NCBI GenBank assembly: GCA_046484865.1
Contig: JAWOID010000116.1
Coordinates: 12,420-76,419 of the forward strand
DNA length: 64,000 nucleotides
Direction: 5' to 3'
DNA from: Candidatus Krumholzibacteriia bacterium
GTDB taxonomy: Bacteria > Krumholzibacteriota > Krumholzibacteriia > LZORAL124-64-63
Part shown: positions 17,452 to 27,185 of the stretch, piece by piece
How the letters are laid out: every line of letters starts with the position of its first letter
Position numbering within the stretch: position 1 is the first letter of the stretch
Made by a program: the position numbers and the translations under genes
Notes under the pieces: generated by a model
Database searches by the model: none
The model's input: only the letters and a program-made list of their open reading frames with translations
Told to the model about the DNA's origin: nothing

Positions 17452-19302
17452 GTGACGTATCTCGCGCTGGCTCGCAAGTACCGTCCCGAGACCTTCGCCG
17501 ACGTGGTGGGACAGGACCACGTCACGGCCACGCTGCGTGCTGCCCACCGCAAGGGGAAGCTCAGTCACGCCTATCTCTTCTCCGGTCCGCGCGGTTGCGG
17601 CAAGACCACCGTGGCACGGCTACTGGCGAAGCTGCTCAACTGTCCCGCGGCCGGCGATGGCGATCCCTGCGGCGTGTGCGACACCTGCCGCGGCATCGCC
17701 CAGAGTACGTTCCTCGACGTCCTGGAGATCGACGCGGCGAGCCACACCGGCGTGGACAACGTGCGCGAACTGCGGGAGAGGGCCCAGTACGCCCCCGGCA
17801 AGGGCCACAACCGGGTGTTCATCATCGACGAGGTCCACATGCTCTCCAAGGGGGCCTTCAACGCGCTGTTGAAGATCCTCGAGGAACCGCCTACACGGGT
17901 CTTCTTCTTCTTCGCCACCACCGAGCCGAACAAGATTCCGCGCACCATCCTCTCGCGCTGCCAGCGCTTCGATTTCCGCCTGCTGAACCGGGACGAGCTG
18001 GGTGCGCGGCTGACCCGTATCGCGGCCCAGGAGGGGGTGGAACTGGATCCGTCGGGGCAGCGGGTGCTGGTCTCGCTGGCCGAGGGCAGCATGCGCGACG
18101 GCATCAGCCTGCTCGACCAGGCGGTGGCGAGTTGCGGCGAGCGTATCGAGGCGGAGGCGCTCCTGCAACTCTTCGGTATCATCCGCTCGGAGATCTACCT
18201 GGACCTCAACGATGCCGTGCTGGCGGGCGATGCGGCCGCGGCGCTGCGGCTGGTGGACGAGGTGATCGCCGGCGGGCAGAGCCTCGATGCGTTCGCCCAC
18301 GGACTGGTGATGAACTTCCGCAACCTCATGCTGGTGCGGGTGGATCCCGAACTCGGCCGGACCGTGGACCTGCCGCCGGACCAGCTGGAGCGCCTGCAGG
18401 CACAGGCGCGGCAGCGGCAGCTGGCCGACCTCATGGCGCTGGTCGACCGCGCCGCGCAGAGTTACGAGCGCATCCACCGCAGCACGCAGCCGCGCGTCCT
18501 GCTCGAGGCGGCGGTGGTCGAGTTCTGCCACTTCGAGTCGCGCATCCAGCTGGGGGACCTGCTGCGGCGGCTGGATTCGCTGACGGCCGCCGGGCCGGCC
18601 GGCGGCGGTGCCGCGCCGGCGCACCGACCGGGGAGCGGTTCGCGCGGCGGCCCCGGGAGCGGCGCGCCGCGCCGCGGAACGGGCGGCGCACGCGGAGGAG
18701 CGGCGAGCCGCGGCGGCGAATCGCCCGCCCGCGGACGGGCGGCGGGCACCGGCCGGACGGACGGCGACGACGCGGACGGACCGGCCCCGTCGGCAGCGCT
18801 GGGCGCCGCCTCGACCATCGCGGGCTGGACCGAGCTGGTGCGCGCCCTGATGGAGACGCATCCCGGACTGGCGGCCTGCCTCATGGAGGGGTTGCCCTGT
18901 CTGGACGAAGCGGCCGGGCGGTTGACGCTGGCCTTCGCTGCCGATCGCTCCTTCCAGTTGCGGCGACTGGAATCCGACCTGACCGTGGTGGAGGAGACGA
19001 TGGCGGCGGTGTGGGGGCGCAAGCTGCGGGTGCAACTGGTACTGGCGGATGCCGGCCGCGATCCCCGGGAGGTGAGCCGCCTGCTCAGCGAGGTGGCGCC
19101 GAGCGATCGCGAGGTCCTGGCGGCGGCCTGCCGCGAGGACGGTCCCCTGGGAGACCTGGTGGAGATGCTCGGGGGCGAGCCGCTGCCCGAGAGCGAGCGG
19201 GAGCGCTGGCGGGCCACCACCGCCGCGGCCGACCCGCAGGAAACCGCCGCGCCGGACGTCACCGGCGGCGCCGAGGAAGGCGATCCCGAGCCGCGCTCCT
19301 GA
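17452..19302 (+). CDS. dnaX: DNA polymerase III subunit gamma/tau
   Basis: YLALARKYRP, FSGPRGCGKTT, Zn finger, EIDAAS, IIDEVHML, SRCQ; the start may be ATG 17440. Confidence 0.97.
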   Translation: MTYLALARKYRPETFADVVGQDHVTATLRAAHRKGKLSHAYLFSGPRGCGKTTVARLLAKLLNCPAAGDGDPCGVCDTCRGIAQSTFLDVLEIDAASHTGVDNVRELRERAQYAPGKGHNRVFIIDEVHMLSKGAFNALLKILEEPPTRVFFFFATTEPNKIPRTILSRCQRFDFRLLNRDELGARLTRIAAQEGVELDPSGQRVLVSLAEGSMRDGISLLDQAVASCGERIEAEALLQLFGIIRSEIYLDLNDAVLAGDAAAALRLVDEVIAGGQSLDAFAHGLVMNFRNLMLVRVDPELGRTVDLPPDQLERLQAQARQRQLADLMALVDRAAQSYERIHRSTQPRVLLEAAVVEFCHFESRIQLGDLLRRLDSLTAAGPAGGGAAPAHRPGSGSRGGPGSGAPRRGTGGARGGAASRGGESPARGRAAGTGRTDGDDADGPAPSAALGAASTIAGWTELVRALMETHPGLAACLMEGLPCLDEAAGRLTLAFAADRSFQLRRLESDLTVVEETMAAVWGRKLRVQLVLADAGRDPREVSRLLSEVAPSDREVLAAACREDGPLGDLVEMLGGEPLPESERERWRATTAAADPQETAAPDVTGGAEEGDPEPRS

Positions 19303-19337
19303 GCGCGGTCGCGATACCAGCCCGAGGAGAAGGTGTC

Positions 19338-19664
19338 ATGGACTTGCGGGCCCTGATGAAGCAAGCGCAGCAGATCCAGGAGAAGATGGCCAAGGCCCAG
19401 GCGGAACTGGCCACGAAGGAGGTCACCGCCGAGGTGGGCGGGGGCCAGGTGCGGGTCGTGATGAACGGCCGGCACGAGGTCAAGAGCCTGGAGATCCAGC
19501 CCGAGGCGGTGGATCCCGCGGACGTGGAGTTCCTGCAGGATCTCGTCGTCTCGGCCGTGAACGAGGCCAAGCGCAAGGTGGACGAGATGGTCGAGAAGGA
19601 GATGGGCGGACTCACCGGCGGCATGGGGCTGCCCGGCGGCCTGAACATCCCGGGTCTCGGCTAG
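19338..19664 (+). CDS. ybaB: YbaB/EbfC nucleoid-associated protein
   Basis: MKQAQQIQ, GGGQVRVVMNG, LQDLVVSAVNEA; lies between dnaX and recR. Confidence 0.95.
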   Translation: MDLRALMKQAQQIQEKMAKAQAELATKEVTAEVGGGQVRVVMNGRHEVKSLEIQPEAVDPADVEFLQDLVVSAVNEAKRKVDEMVEKEMGGLTGGMGLPGGLNIPGLG

Positions 19665-19676
19665 GAGCAGGCGGTC

Positions 19677-20318
19677 GTGGCCCACCTCCCGGACCCGGAC
19701 CCGATGCCCGAGAACGGCGGCGGCGACTTCCAGTCCCCCGCCCTGGAGCGGCTGGTGCGCCTCCTGGCGCGCCTGCCGGGGCTGGGCCGCAAGTCGGCCA
19801 CCCGGCTGGCTCTGGAACTGATCCAGCATCCCGAGAAGGCGGACCACCTCGCCGGCGCGGTCACCGCCGCCCGGCAGCAGGTACGCACTTGCAGCGCCTG
19901 CGGGGCCATCACCGAGGCCGACCCCTGCGCCTTCTGCACCTCCGCTCGCCGTGACCCGCACGAGATCTGCGTCGTGGCCTCGCCGGTCGACATCCTGCCC
20001 ATCGAGCGATCGGGGGTGTACCGCGGCCGGTACTTCGTTCTCGGCGGCCTGCTGTCGCCCCTGGACGGTGTCCGCACCGGCGACCTCCCGTTCGGCCGGC
20101 TGCTCGACCGCGTCCGCAGCGAGGGGGTGACCGAGCTGATCCTCGCGCTCGATGCCAGCGTCGAGGGAGAGACCACCTCGCTGTACATCCAGCGTCTCCT
20201 GCAGGAGACCGGGGTGGTGCTCACGCGCCTCGCCACCGGCATCCCCGTGGGCGGCGCCCTGGCCTACACCGACGAGGCCACCCTGCAGCGCGCCTTCCAG
20301 TTCCGTCGTTCCCTCTGA
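19677..20318 (+). CDS. recR: Recombination mediator RecR
   Basis: LPGLGRKSA.RLA, C4 zinc finger, YFVLGGLLSPLDG, EGETT, RLATGIPVG. Confidence 0.95.
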   Translation: MAHLPDPDPMPENGGGDFQSPALERLVRLLARLPGLGRKSATRLALELIQHPEKADHLAGAVTAARQQVRTCSACGAITEADPCAFCTSARRDPHEICVVASPVDILPIERSGVYRGRYFVLGGLLSPLDGVRTGDLPFGRLLDRVRSEGVTELILALDASVEGETTSLYIQRLLQETGVVLTRLATGIPVGGALAYTDEATLQRAFQFRRSL

Positions 20319-20322
20319 GCGC

Positions 20323-20348
20323 TCAAGGTCCGCCCGACCGGGTCGATA
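20323..20348 (+). promoter_or_regulatory. Candidate sigma28/FliA-WhiG-type promoter TCAAG-N14-GTCGATA
   Basis: Lies in the recR-mglB intergenic region; resembles TAAAG-N14/15-GCCGATA. Confidence 0.45.
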
Positions 20349-20408
20349 CCGCTAACGGCCGGAGCGAGCGGCGCAGACAGCGGCATTCCACTCCTTCCTG
20401 GAGACGAC

Positions 20409-20906
20409 ATGGTTCGCGCGGAATGGGCCATCTTCGACGAGGACTACTGGGCGATCACCCACGCGCTGGAAGACCTGCTCAAGAGCAGTCGCGCACGGCA
20501 CGTGCTGCTCGTGGATCGCACGGGCCAGCTCATCGCCCAGTCCGGCGGGACGGTGGAGTTCGACCTGACGAGCTTCGCATCGCTCTGCGCCGCGGATTTC
20601 GAGGCCAACTACCAGCTGGCCAAGCTGGTGGGGGAGAAGGATTTCTCCACCCTCTACCATCAGGGCGCCCGGGAGAGCATGTATCTGGGCAAGATCGCGC
20701 GGGGCGTGGTGCTCGTGGTGCTCTTCGACCAGCGCACCACTCTCGGTCTCGTGCGCCTGCGGGTCAAGAAGACGGTGGAGGAGCTCAACGCGGTGATCGA
20801 CGGCCTCTACCATAAGCTGCAGTATCGCAACGAGGAGTACGACCAGCTGGACGAGGCGTTCACCCAGCAGGCCGAGGCGGAGATCGACAACCTGTTCGTC
20901 GACTGA
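20409..20906 (+). CDS. mglB: Roadblock/LC7 protein, MglB (GAP for MglA)
   Basis: LLVDRTGQLI, LAKLVGEKDF..LYHQG, VVLFDQRTTLGLVRLRVKK, C-terminal EAEIDNLF helix; adjacent to mglA. Confidence 0.9.
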   Translation: MVRAEWAIFDEDYWAITHALEDLLKSSRARHVLLVDRTGQLIAQSGGTVEFDLTSFASLCAADFEANYQLAKLVGEKDFSTLYHQGARESMYLGKIARGVVLVVLFDQRTTLGLVRLRVKKTVEELNAVIDGLYHKLQYRNEEYDQLDEAFTQQAEAEIDNLFVD

Positions 20907-20948
20907 GAGCGTGCCCGGCGCGGCGCCGGAGCGAGAGAGGTCGTTGAC

Positions 20949-21533
20949 GTGTCCCTGATCAACTACTCGTCGCGCGAGATCAACTGCAAGCTGGTCTACT
21001 ACGGACCGGGTCTGGGCGGCAAGACGACCAACATCCAGTATGTCTACGACAAGCTGGCGCCCGAGACCAAGGGCAAGCTGGTGACGCTCGCCACCGAGAT
21101 GGACCGCACCCTGTTCTTCGACTTCCTGCCGCTGGAGCTGGGCGAGGTGAAGGGCTTCAAGACCCGCTTCCATCTCTACACGGTGCCCGGCCAGGTCTAC
21201 TACAACGCCAGCCGCAAGCTCATCCTGCGCGGCGTCGACGGCATCGTCTTCGTCGGCGACAGCAGCGAGTCGCGCTTCGACGCCAACATCGAGTCGCTCT
21301 ACAACCTGCACGACAACCTGAAGGAGTACGACCTCTCGCTGGAGAAGATCCCGTTCGTCGTGCAGTGGAACAAGCGCGACATGCCCGACGCCCTGCCGAT
21401 GGACGAGCTCAACGAGGAGCTCAACCCGGAGGGCTTCGAGAGCTTCGAGGGCGTGGCGGTGAACGGCGTCGGCGTGTTCGACACTCTCAAGTGCGTCGCG
21501 AAGCAGGTGCTGCGTCAGCTGCAGTCCAACTGA
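20949..21533 (+). CDS. mglA: Small Ras-like GTPase MglA
   Basis: INCKLVYYGPGLGGKTTN, DRTLFFDFLP, YTVPGQ, NKRD. Confidence 0.95.
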   Translation: MSLINYSSREINCKLVYYGPGLGGKTTNIQYVYDKLAPETKGKLVTLATEMDRTLFFDFLPLELGEVKGFKTRFHLYTVPGQVYYNASRKLILRGVDGIVFVGDSSESRFDANIESLYNLHDNLKEYDLSLEKIPFVVQWNKRDMPDALPMDELNEELNPEGFESFEGVAVNGVGVFDTLKCVAKQVLRQLQSN

Positions 21534-21678
21534 TCGCTCCGCCCCCGCCGCCCGCCGGCGGTTGACCCCCCTCTCCGCCCCATCTATCTTCCTGCCGTCG
21601 CGACGGTTGCGGGCCAACGTCCGGACGACGTCGCTGCGCAGGCGCCGGCATTTCCGCGGCTAGACGAGGACACACGCC

Positions 21679-22137
21679 TTGCGACGCTTCCTGCTCTACG
21701 CCGTCGGCACGTTCCTGGGTACGGGATTCGCCCCGGTCGCGCCGGCCAGCGTGGCCAGTCTCGCGGTGGCGCTGCTCTGGTGGTGGGCGGCGCCCGTTCC
21801 GGTGGGGGTCCACCTGTTGCTGCTGGTCACGGTCACCGCGGTCGGCGTCCCGGTGGCTGCGGCGCTGGCCCGACGCACCGGCCGCGTGGATCCCTCGCTC
21901 GTGGTGATCGACGAGGTGGCGGGCATGCTCGTCACCTACCTGGGGGTGCCGGCCGGCGGCGCCGGCTGGCTGGTGGGCTTCTTCTGGTTCCGCGTGTTCG
22001 ACATCCTGAAGCCGCTGGGCGTGCGGCGGCTGGAGCGGGTGGGCAGCGTCGGCGTGGGCATCATGCTCGACGATCTGGGCGCCGGCGTGCTGGCGTGCCT
22101 GGCGACGCACGTCACGCTCGCGGCACTGGGCTGGTGA
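21679..22137 (+). CDS. pgpA: Phosphatidylglycerophosphatase A
   Basis: DPSLVVIDEVAG, FRVFDILKP, GIMLDDL. Confidence 0.9.
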   Translation: MRRFLLYAVGTFLGTGFAPVAPASVASLAVALLWWWAAPVPVGVHLLLLVTVTAVGVPVAAALARRTGRVDPSLVVIDEVAGMLVTYLGVPAGGAGWLVGFFWFRVFDILKPLGVRRLERVGSVGVGIMLDDLGAGVLACLATHVTLAALGW

Positions 22138-22171
22138 CCGCCGGTCCATCCGGGCGAAGGGGGACGCTGCC

Positions 22172-23476
22172 ATGGCCGAGGTCTGGCAGATCGCCATCGG
22201 CGACGAGCTGCTCGGGGGACGGACCGCCGACACCAACAGCCTGCGCGTGCAGCGCGCGCTCGGGACGCCGGCCAGCGGCATCCTGGTGGTGCCCGACCGG
22301 TACGACGCCATCGTCGCGGCCCTGGCGCGCACGCCGCCGGGCAGCCTCGTGTTCCTCACCGGCGGCCTCGGCTCCACACCCGACGACATGACCCGGGAGG
22401 CGTTGGCCGGCTGGGCCGGCGCGCCCCTCGAGGAGCGTCCGGAGCTGCGCGCCGAGCTGGAGCGACGCGCGCGCGCGCGGGGGCTGAGCCGCTTCGTGGG
22501 GGTGTCCCACCAGGCGCAGGTGCCGCGTGGCTTGACCGCGCTTCCCAATCCCGTCGGCAGCGCTCCGGCGCTCGTGGGCCGTCTTCGCGGTCGCGACCTC
22601 GTGCTGCTGCCCGGGGTGCAGGCGGAGATGGAGGCCCTGCTGCCGGCGGCGTTGGACTGGCTGCGAGCGCGAGGTGTCCTGCCGCCGCCCGCGCCACGGC
22701 GGCTGTGGCGCACCGCCCAGCTGGCGGAACTCGCGGTGGTGCGGATCTGTGCGCCGGTGCGGGAGCGCTATCCTCACCTGGACTGGTCGTGGTGGCTGGA
22801 CCGCTGGGGCGTCGACGTGCGGCTGGCGGTACCGCCGGGGTTCGCGACGGCGGAGGAGGGCGGCGGCGAGGCCTCCGGGCCGCTTCGCGACCTGGAGGCG
22901 GCAGCGGCGGAGCTCGACGCCGCGCTCGCGCCGGTGACCTACGCCCGCGCGCCGGTGTCGCTGGCTCAGTCGGTGCAGGACCTGATGCTCGCCCGCGACG
23001 TCACCCTCGCGGTGGCCGAGTCGTGCACCGCCGGACTGCTGGCGGCCGCCCTGACCGAGTCCGCCGGCTCGTCGGGCTACTTCCTCGGCGGTGTGGTCAC
23101 GTACGCCAACGACGTCAAGCGCGACCAGCTCGGCGTTCCCGAGCCGATGCTCGCGCACCATGGGGCGGTGAGCGAACCGGTGGCGCGCGCGATGGCGGCG
23201 GGCGTGCGCGAGCGCTTCGGTGCCGACTATGCCCTGTCGGTCACGGGCGTGGCCGGGCCCGGCGGCGGCACCGAGGCCAAGCCCGTCGGTACCACCTGGA
23301 TCGCCATCGCCACCGGAGAGGCCGTGTTCGCGCGCCGCTTCCGCTTTCCGGCCGATCGCACGCGCAACCGTGCGGTGGCGGTGGCCACCGCTCTCGATAC
23401 GCTGCGCCGGGTGCTGTCGGGAGACGAGACGGGCGCGCCCTGGCGCTCCGAGGACAGCTGGGGCTGGGATCCCTGA
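22172..23476 (+). CDS. cinA: CinA / nicotinamide-nucleotide amidohydrolase (MoCF domain + PncC domain)
   Basis: IGDELL.G...DTNS, TGGLG.T.DDMT, AVAESCTAG, GSSGYF, HGAVS, TGVAGPGGG..KPVG. Confidence 0.92.
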   Translation: MAEVWQIAIGDELLGGRTADTNSLRVQRALGTPASGILVVPDRYDAIVAALARTPPGSLVFLTGGLGSTPDDMTREALAGWAGAPLEERPELRAELERRARARGLSRFVGVSHQAQVPRGLTALPNPVGSAPALVGRLRGRDLVLLPGVQAEMEALLPAALDWLRARGVLPPPAPRRLWRTAQLAELAVVRICAPVRERYPHLDWSWWLDRWGVDVRLAVPPGFATAEEGGGEASGPLRDLEAAAAELDAALAPVTYARAPVSLAQSVQDLMLARDVTLAVAESCTAGLLAAALTESAGSSGYFLGGVVTYANDVKRDQLGVPEPMLAHHGAVSEPVARAMAAGVRERFGADYALSVTGVAGPGGGTEAKPVGTTWIAIATGEAVFARRFRFPADRTRNRAVAVATALDTLRRVLSGDETGAPWRSEDSWGWDP

Positions 23477-23506
23477 CCAGCGGAGCGGGCGGGAGGAGGA
23501 CCTGCC

Positions 23507-24064
23507 GTGCGGCTCTTCGTCGCCGTCAACCCGGATGAACGATTCCAGCGGTACCTGGCCACCCAGCTCGACGCCTGGCGGCAGCAGCTGCGGGTGAACT
23601 GGTCGCGGCCACGGTCGTGGCACTTCACCCTCGACTTCCTCGGCGACTGGCCGGCCGTTCGCGCGGTGGAACTCCAGGCTGCGCTGGCCGAGGTGGCCGC
23701 CGCGCGGTCGCCGTTCACGGTGACGTGCGGTCAGGTGGGCGCCTTCCCGAGTCTCGCGCGGGCACGGGTTCTGTTCTTGCAGGCGGAGAGCGGCGGCCGG
23801 CTGGAGGAACTGGCGGCGGCGGTGCGGGCGCGAGTGGATGCGGTCTGGCCGGACGGGCCGCAGGACCGCAAGCCCTTCCAGGCGCATCTGACCTTCGCCC
23901 GTATCCGCACCCCCCTGCCGTCCTCCCAGCGGCCGTTGCTGCGGCAGATCCGCTTCGCGCCGTGGGACCCGTTCACGGTGGATGCGGTGCGTCTGGTGGA
24001 GAGCGATCTCTCCCCGGCCGGCGCGCGGCACACGGACCTCGCGGTGCTGCCGCTGCGCGGCTGA
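23507..24064 (+). CDS. thpR: RNA 2',3'-cyclic phosphodiesterase (2H family)
   Basis: MRLFVAV and two HxT motifs (WHFTL, AHLTF). Confidence 0.9.
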   Translation: MRLFVAVNPDERFQRYLATQLDAWRQQLRVNWSRPRSWHFTLDFLGDWPAVRAVELQAALAEVAAARSPFTVTCGQVGAFPSLARARVLFLQAESGGRLEELAAAVRARVDAVWPDGPQDRKPFQAHLTFARIRTPLPSSQRPLLRQIRFAPWDPFTVDAVRLVESDLSPAGARHTDLAVLPLRG

Positions 24065-24105
24065 CGCCCGGCGGTGGCGGTCCGGCGCCCTTTCCGGCTG
24101 GCCGG

Positions 24106-24135
24106 TTGCGGCGGTGCGGCGGCCCGTGCTATGTT
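24106..24135 (+). promoter_or_regulatory. Candidate recA promoter TTGCGG-N18-TATGTT with extended -10 TG
   Basis: TGCTATGTT at 24127-24135 in the thpR-recA gap. Confidence 0.4.
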
Positions 24136-24278
24136 CGCGGCCCGGAACCGGCGCATCCGAAGCCGGCCCGCGCCTCCGCGATTCCCGGGCGCAGCGGCGC
24201 CCCGGCGTCCCCGGCGGGACGCCCGGACGTTCTCGCGCGACATCTTCCACGCCCTCCTGATCGGTGAGGTGGACCAGT

Positions 24279-25430
24279 ATGGCTCTGAACAGGAAAGAGG
24301 ACCGGGCCAAGGCCCTGGAGCTGACCCGCGCCCAGATCGAGAAACAGTTCGGCAAGGGTGCGGTGATGCTGCTGGGCGAGAACAAGATCTACGACGAGAT
24401 CGATGCCGTCTCCACGGGCAGCCTGGCGCTCGACATCGCGCTGGGGATCGGCGGGCTGCCGCGCGGCCGCGTGGTGGAGATCTACGGGCCCGAGGGCAGC
24501 GGCAAGACGACCGTGGCCCTGTCCACGATCGCCAACTGCCAGAAGACCGGCGGCATGGCCGCCTTCGTCGATGCGGAGCACGCGCTGGATCCGACCTACG
24601 CGCGGAAGCTCGGGGTGGACATCGACAACCTGCTCGTCTCGCAGCCGGACACCGGCGAGCAGGCTCTGGAGATCACCGAGATGCTCGTGCGCTCGGGTGC
24701 GGTGGACATCCTCGTGGTGGACTCGGTGGCGGCGCTGGTGCCGCGCGCGGAGATCGAGGGGGAGATGGGCGACCAGCACGTGGGACTGCAGGCGCGGCTC
24801 ATGAGCCAGGCGCTGCGCAAGCTCACCGGCGCCATCAGCAAGACCAGCACCCTGGTGATCTTCACCAACCAGATCCGCATGAAGATCGGCATCATGTTCG
24901 GCAACCCGGAGACCACCTCCGGCGGCAATGCTCTGAAGTTCTACGCGTCCGTGCGGCTGGACATCCGGCGCATCGGCGCCATCACCCAGGGTGAGGACGT
25001 CATCGGCAACCAGGTGCGCGTGAAGGTCGTCAAGAACAAGGTGGCGCCGCCCTTCAAGAAGTGCGAATTCGACATCCTCTATGGCGAGGGGATCAGCAAG
25101 GAGGGCGACCTCATCGACCTCGGCGTGAACGCCGGCGTGCTGCAGAAGTCGGGGGCCTGGTACAGCCACGGCGAGGAACGGCTGGGACAGGGACGCGAGA
25201 ACGTGCGCACCTTCCTCAAGGAGAATCCCGACCTGTACGCCACGATCAAGAGCAAGGTCTTCGCGCACTACGGCATCACCACCGTGGCGAGCCGGCAGGC
25301 CGCCGGGCAGGCCGCGGCCGCTGGCGCCACCGCGGCCGCCGACGACGCGACGGGCAATGGTGGCAAGGCCGGGACCGCGGCCGCGGAGACCGGCAGCGAG
25401 CGCAAGGGCCGGCGCGCGGCCACCAGCTAG
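24279..25430 (+). CDS. recA: Recombinase RecA
   Basis: [59 protein letters not shown]; Ala-rich C-terminal tail. Confidence 0.98.
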   Translation: MALNRKEDRAKALELTRAQIEKQFGKGAVMLLGENKIYDEIDAVSTGSLALDIALGIGGLPRGRVVEIYGPEGSGKTTVALSTIANCQKTGGMAAFVDAEHALDPTYARKLGVDIDNLLVSQPDTGEQALEITEMLVRSGAVDILVVDSVAALVPRAEIEGEMGDQHVGLQARLMSQALRKLTGAISKTSTLVIFTNQIRMKIGIMFGNPETTSGGNALKFYASVRLDIRRIGAITQGEDVIGNQVRVKVVKNKVAPPFKKCEFDILYGEGISKEGDLIDLGVNAGVLQKSGAWYSHGEERLGQGRENVRTFLKENPDLYATIKSKVFAHYGITTVASRQAAGQAAAAGATAAADDATGNGGKAGTAAAETGSERKGRRAATS

Positions 25431-25440
25431 CCGGGCCGTC

Positions 25441-26142
25441 GTGAGCGATCCGGGCGAAGAACGGCCGGCGGGGGCGCGGCTGCGAGAGATCCGACAGGAG
25501 GAGCAGGGCGTCGTCCTGGTGGTGACTCAGGGGGACGCGGTGCAGACCTACACGGTGGCACCGGACGCGGTGCCGTCCGGACTGCCGCCGGCGGGCGGAG
25601 AGATCGATGCCCCGCTGCTGACCGAGATCCGGCACGCCGCGCTGCGCAAGCAGGCGGCGCGCCGGATCTTCGCGCTCCTGGATCGGCGCCTGCGCTCGCG
25701 GGCCGACCTGGAGCGGCGGCTGACGGCCGAGGGGTTCGAACGCGAGCACGTGGTCGAGGTCCTCGACGCGTTCGCCGCCGCCGGGCTCCACTCCGATCAC
25801 GATTTCGCCGCCGCCTTCTGTCGCGATACGCTGCGCCGCCAGGAGGTGGGGCGGATCTGGCTTCTGTCCAGGCTGCGCGGGCAGGGTGTGCCCGCCGGCA
25901 TCGCCGAGCAGACGGTGGCGGCCGAGCTGCCTCCCGCGCACGAGCGCGCCCTGGCGCTCGCCGCGGCCAGGCGGCGCTGGGGCCGGGAGCCGGCCGGCGA
26001 CCCGCGCCGGGCCGAGGCGCGCGTCATGCGCTTCCTGGCCTCCCGCGGCTTCCCGGCGGCGCTCTGCCGCGAGGCCGGGCGCGCGGCCGGCCCGGGCCGG
26101 GCGGCGGCGGGCGACCTCGATCCCCGGGAGGACGACCGGTGA
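25441..26142 (+). CDS. recX: Regulatory protein RecX
   Basis: LLDRRLRSRADL..RL, DHDFA, LRGQGV, RFLASRGF; follows recA. Confidence 0.88.
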   Translation: MSDPGEERPAGARLREIRQEEQGVVLVVTQGDAVQTYTVAPDAVPSGLPPAGGEIDAPLLTEIRHAALRKQAARRIFALLDRRLRSRADLERRLTAEGFEREHVVEVLDAFAAAGLHSDHDFAAAFCRDTLRRQEVGRIWLLSRLRGQGVPAGIAEQTVAAELPPAHERALALAAARRRWGREPAGDPRRAEARVMRFLASRGFPAALCREAGRAAGPGRAAAGDLDPREDDR

Positions 26143-27011
26143 CCTTCCTCGTGACGGGTGCGGCGGGCATGCTCGGGCGGGCGGTGCTGCGGCGGCTGGG
26201 GCCTGCGGGCGCGGGGATCGACCTGCCCGACGGCGACCTCACCGACCCGGCGGCCGTCAGCGACGTCTTCACGCACCACCATCCCGCCTGGGTGATCCAC
26301 TGCGCGGCGTTCACCGACGTGGACGGCGCCGAGGACCAGCGGGAGCGCGCCCGGGCGGTGAACGCCACCGCCACGGGCCATCTCGCCTACGCGTGCGAGC
26401 AGAGCGGCGCCGGCCTGTCGTACGTGAGCACCGACTACGTGTTCGACGGTTCCGCCGCCGAAGGCTACGCCGAGGATGCGCCGCGCCGGCCGATCAACCA
26501 CTACGGCGCGACCAAGGCCGAAGGCGAACGGGTGGTGGAGACGCTGAGCGTGCCGTGGCAGATCGTGCGCACGAGCTGGCTCTTCGGGCACGGGCCGAAG
26601 CACTTCCCGGGCACCGTGCGTCGCTTGCTGCGGGAGCGGGAGACGGTGCGAGTGGTGAACGATCAACGCGGCTCCCCCACCTACAGCGAGGATCTCGCCG
26701 CCGTGCTGGTCTGCCTGGCGCGGGCGCGCGCGCGCGGCGTCTTCCACGCCACGAACGCCGGCGTCTGCACGTGGTGGGAGTTCGCGCGGGAGATCGCTCG
26801 CCGGGACGGGCACGACCCGCAGCGCGTCGTGGCGTGCTCGAGCGACGAGTTCCCGACGGCGGCGCGGCGTCCGGCCTGCTCCGTGCTGCTGGACACGCGA
26901 CTCGCGGAGACGGGCTGTCCGGCGGCCCCGCCGTGGCAGGACGCCCTCGCTCGCTACATCGCGGCCACCGATCTGGCCGGTCCCGATCCCGCCGCCGCCG
27001 GAGCCGGCTGA
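26139..27011 (+). CDS. rmlD: dTDP-4-dehydrorhamnose reductase
   Basis: VTGAAGMLG, HCAAFTDVDGAE, STDYVFDG, YGATK, DQRGSPTY. Confidence 0.93.
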   Translation: MTFLVTGAAGMLGRAVLRRLGPAGAGIDLPDGDLTDPAAVSDVFTHHHPAWVIHCAAFTDVDGAEDQRERARAVNATATGHLAYACEQSGAGLSYVSTDYVFDGSAAEGYAEDAPRRPINHYGATKAEGERVVETLSVPWQIVRTSWLFGHGPKHFPGTVRRLLRERETVRVVNDQRGSPTYSEDLAAVLVCLARARARGVFHATNAGVCTWWEFAREIARRDGHDPQRVVACSSDEFPTAARRPACSVLLDTRLAETGCPAAPPWQDALARYIAATDLAGPDPAAAGAG

Positions 27012-27185
27012 GCGCGAGGCGGGACAGCTGCGAGCCGGCAAGCCGGACTTGTGCCGGCGGCCGGATCGTGCGAATCATATGAGTCTGGAACGGATGCTGC
27101 CCGGGGAACCGGCCGGGCGGGCGTCTGGTCGCCACCGTCCATCACGATCATCAGTCACGAGCGTCCGCAGCGCGAAGGAAGCCGC

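Noticed and set aside
17452..19302. Programmed frameshift or slippage site in dnaX producing gamma
   Set aside because: No A-AAA-AAG heptamer or long A run seen in the gene
24133..24148. GTTC-N8-GAAC near the recA promoter as a LexA box
   Set aside because: Does not match the SOS-box spacings I know, occurs once, and could easily be chance
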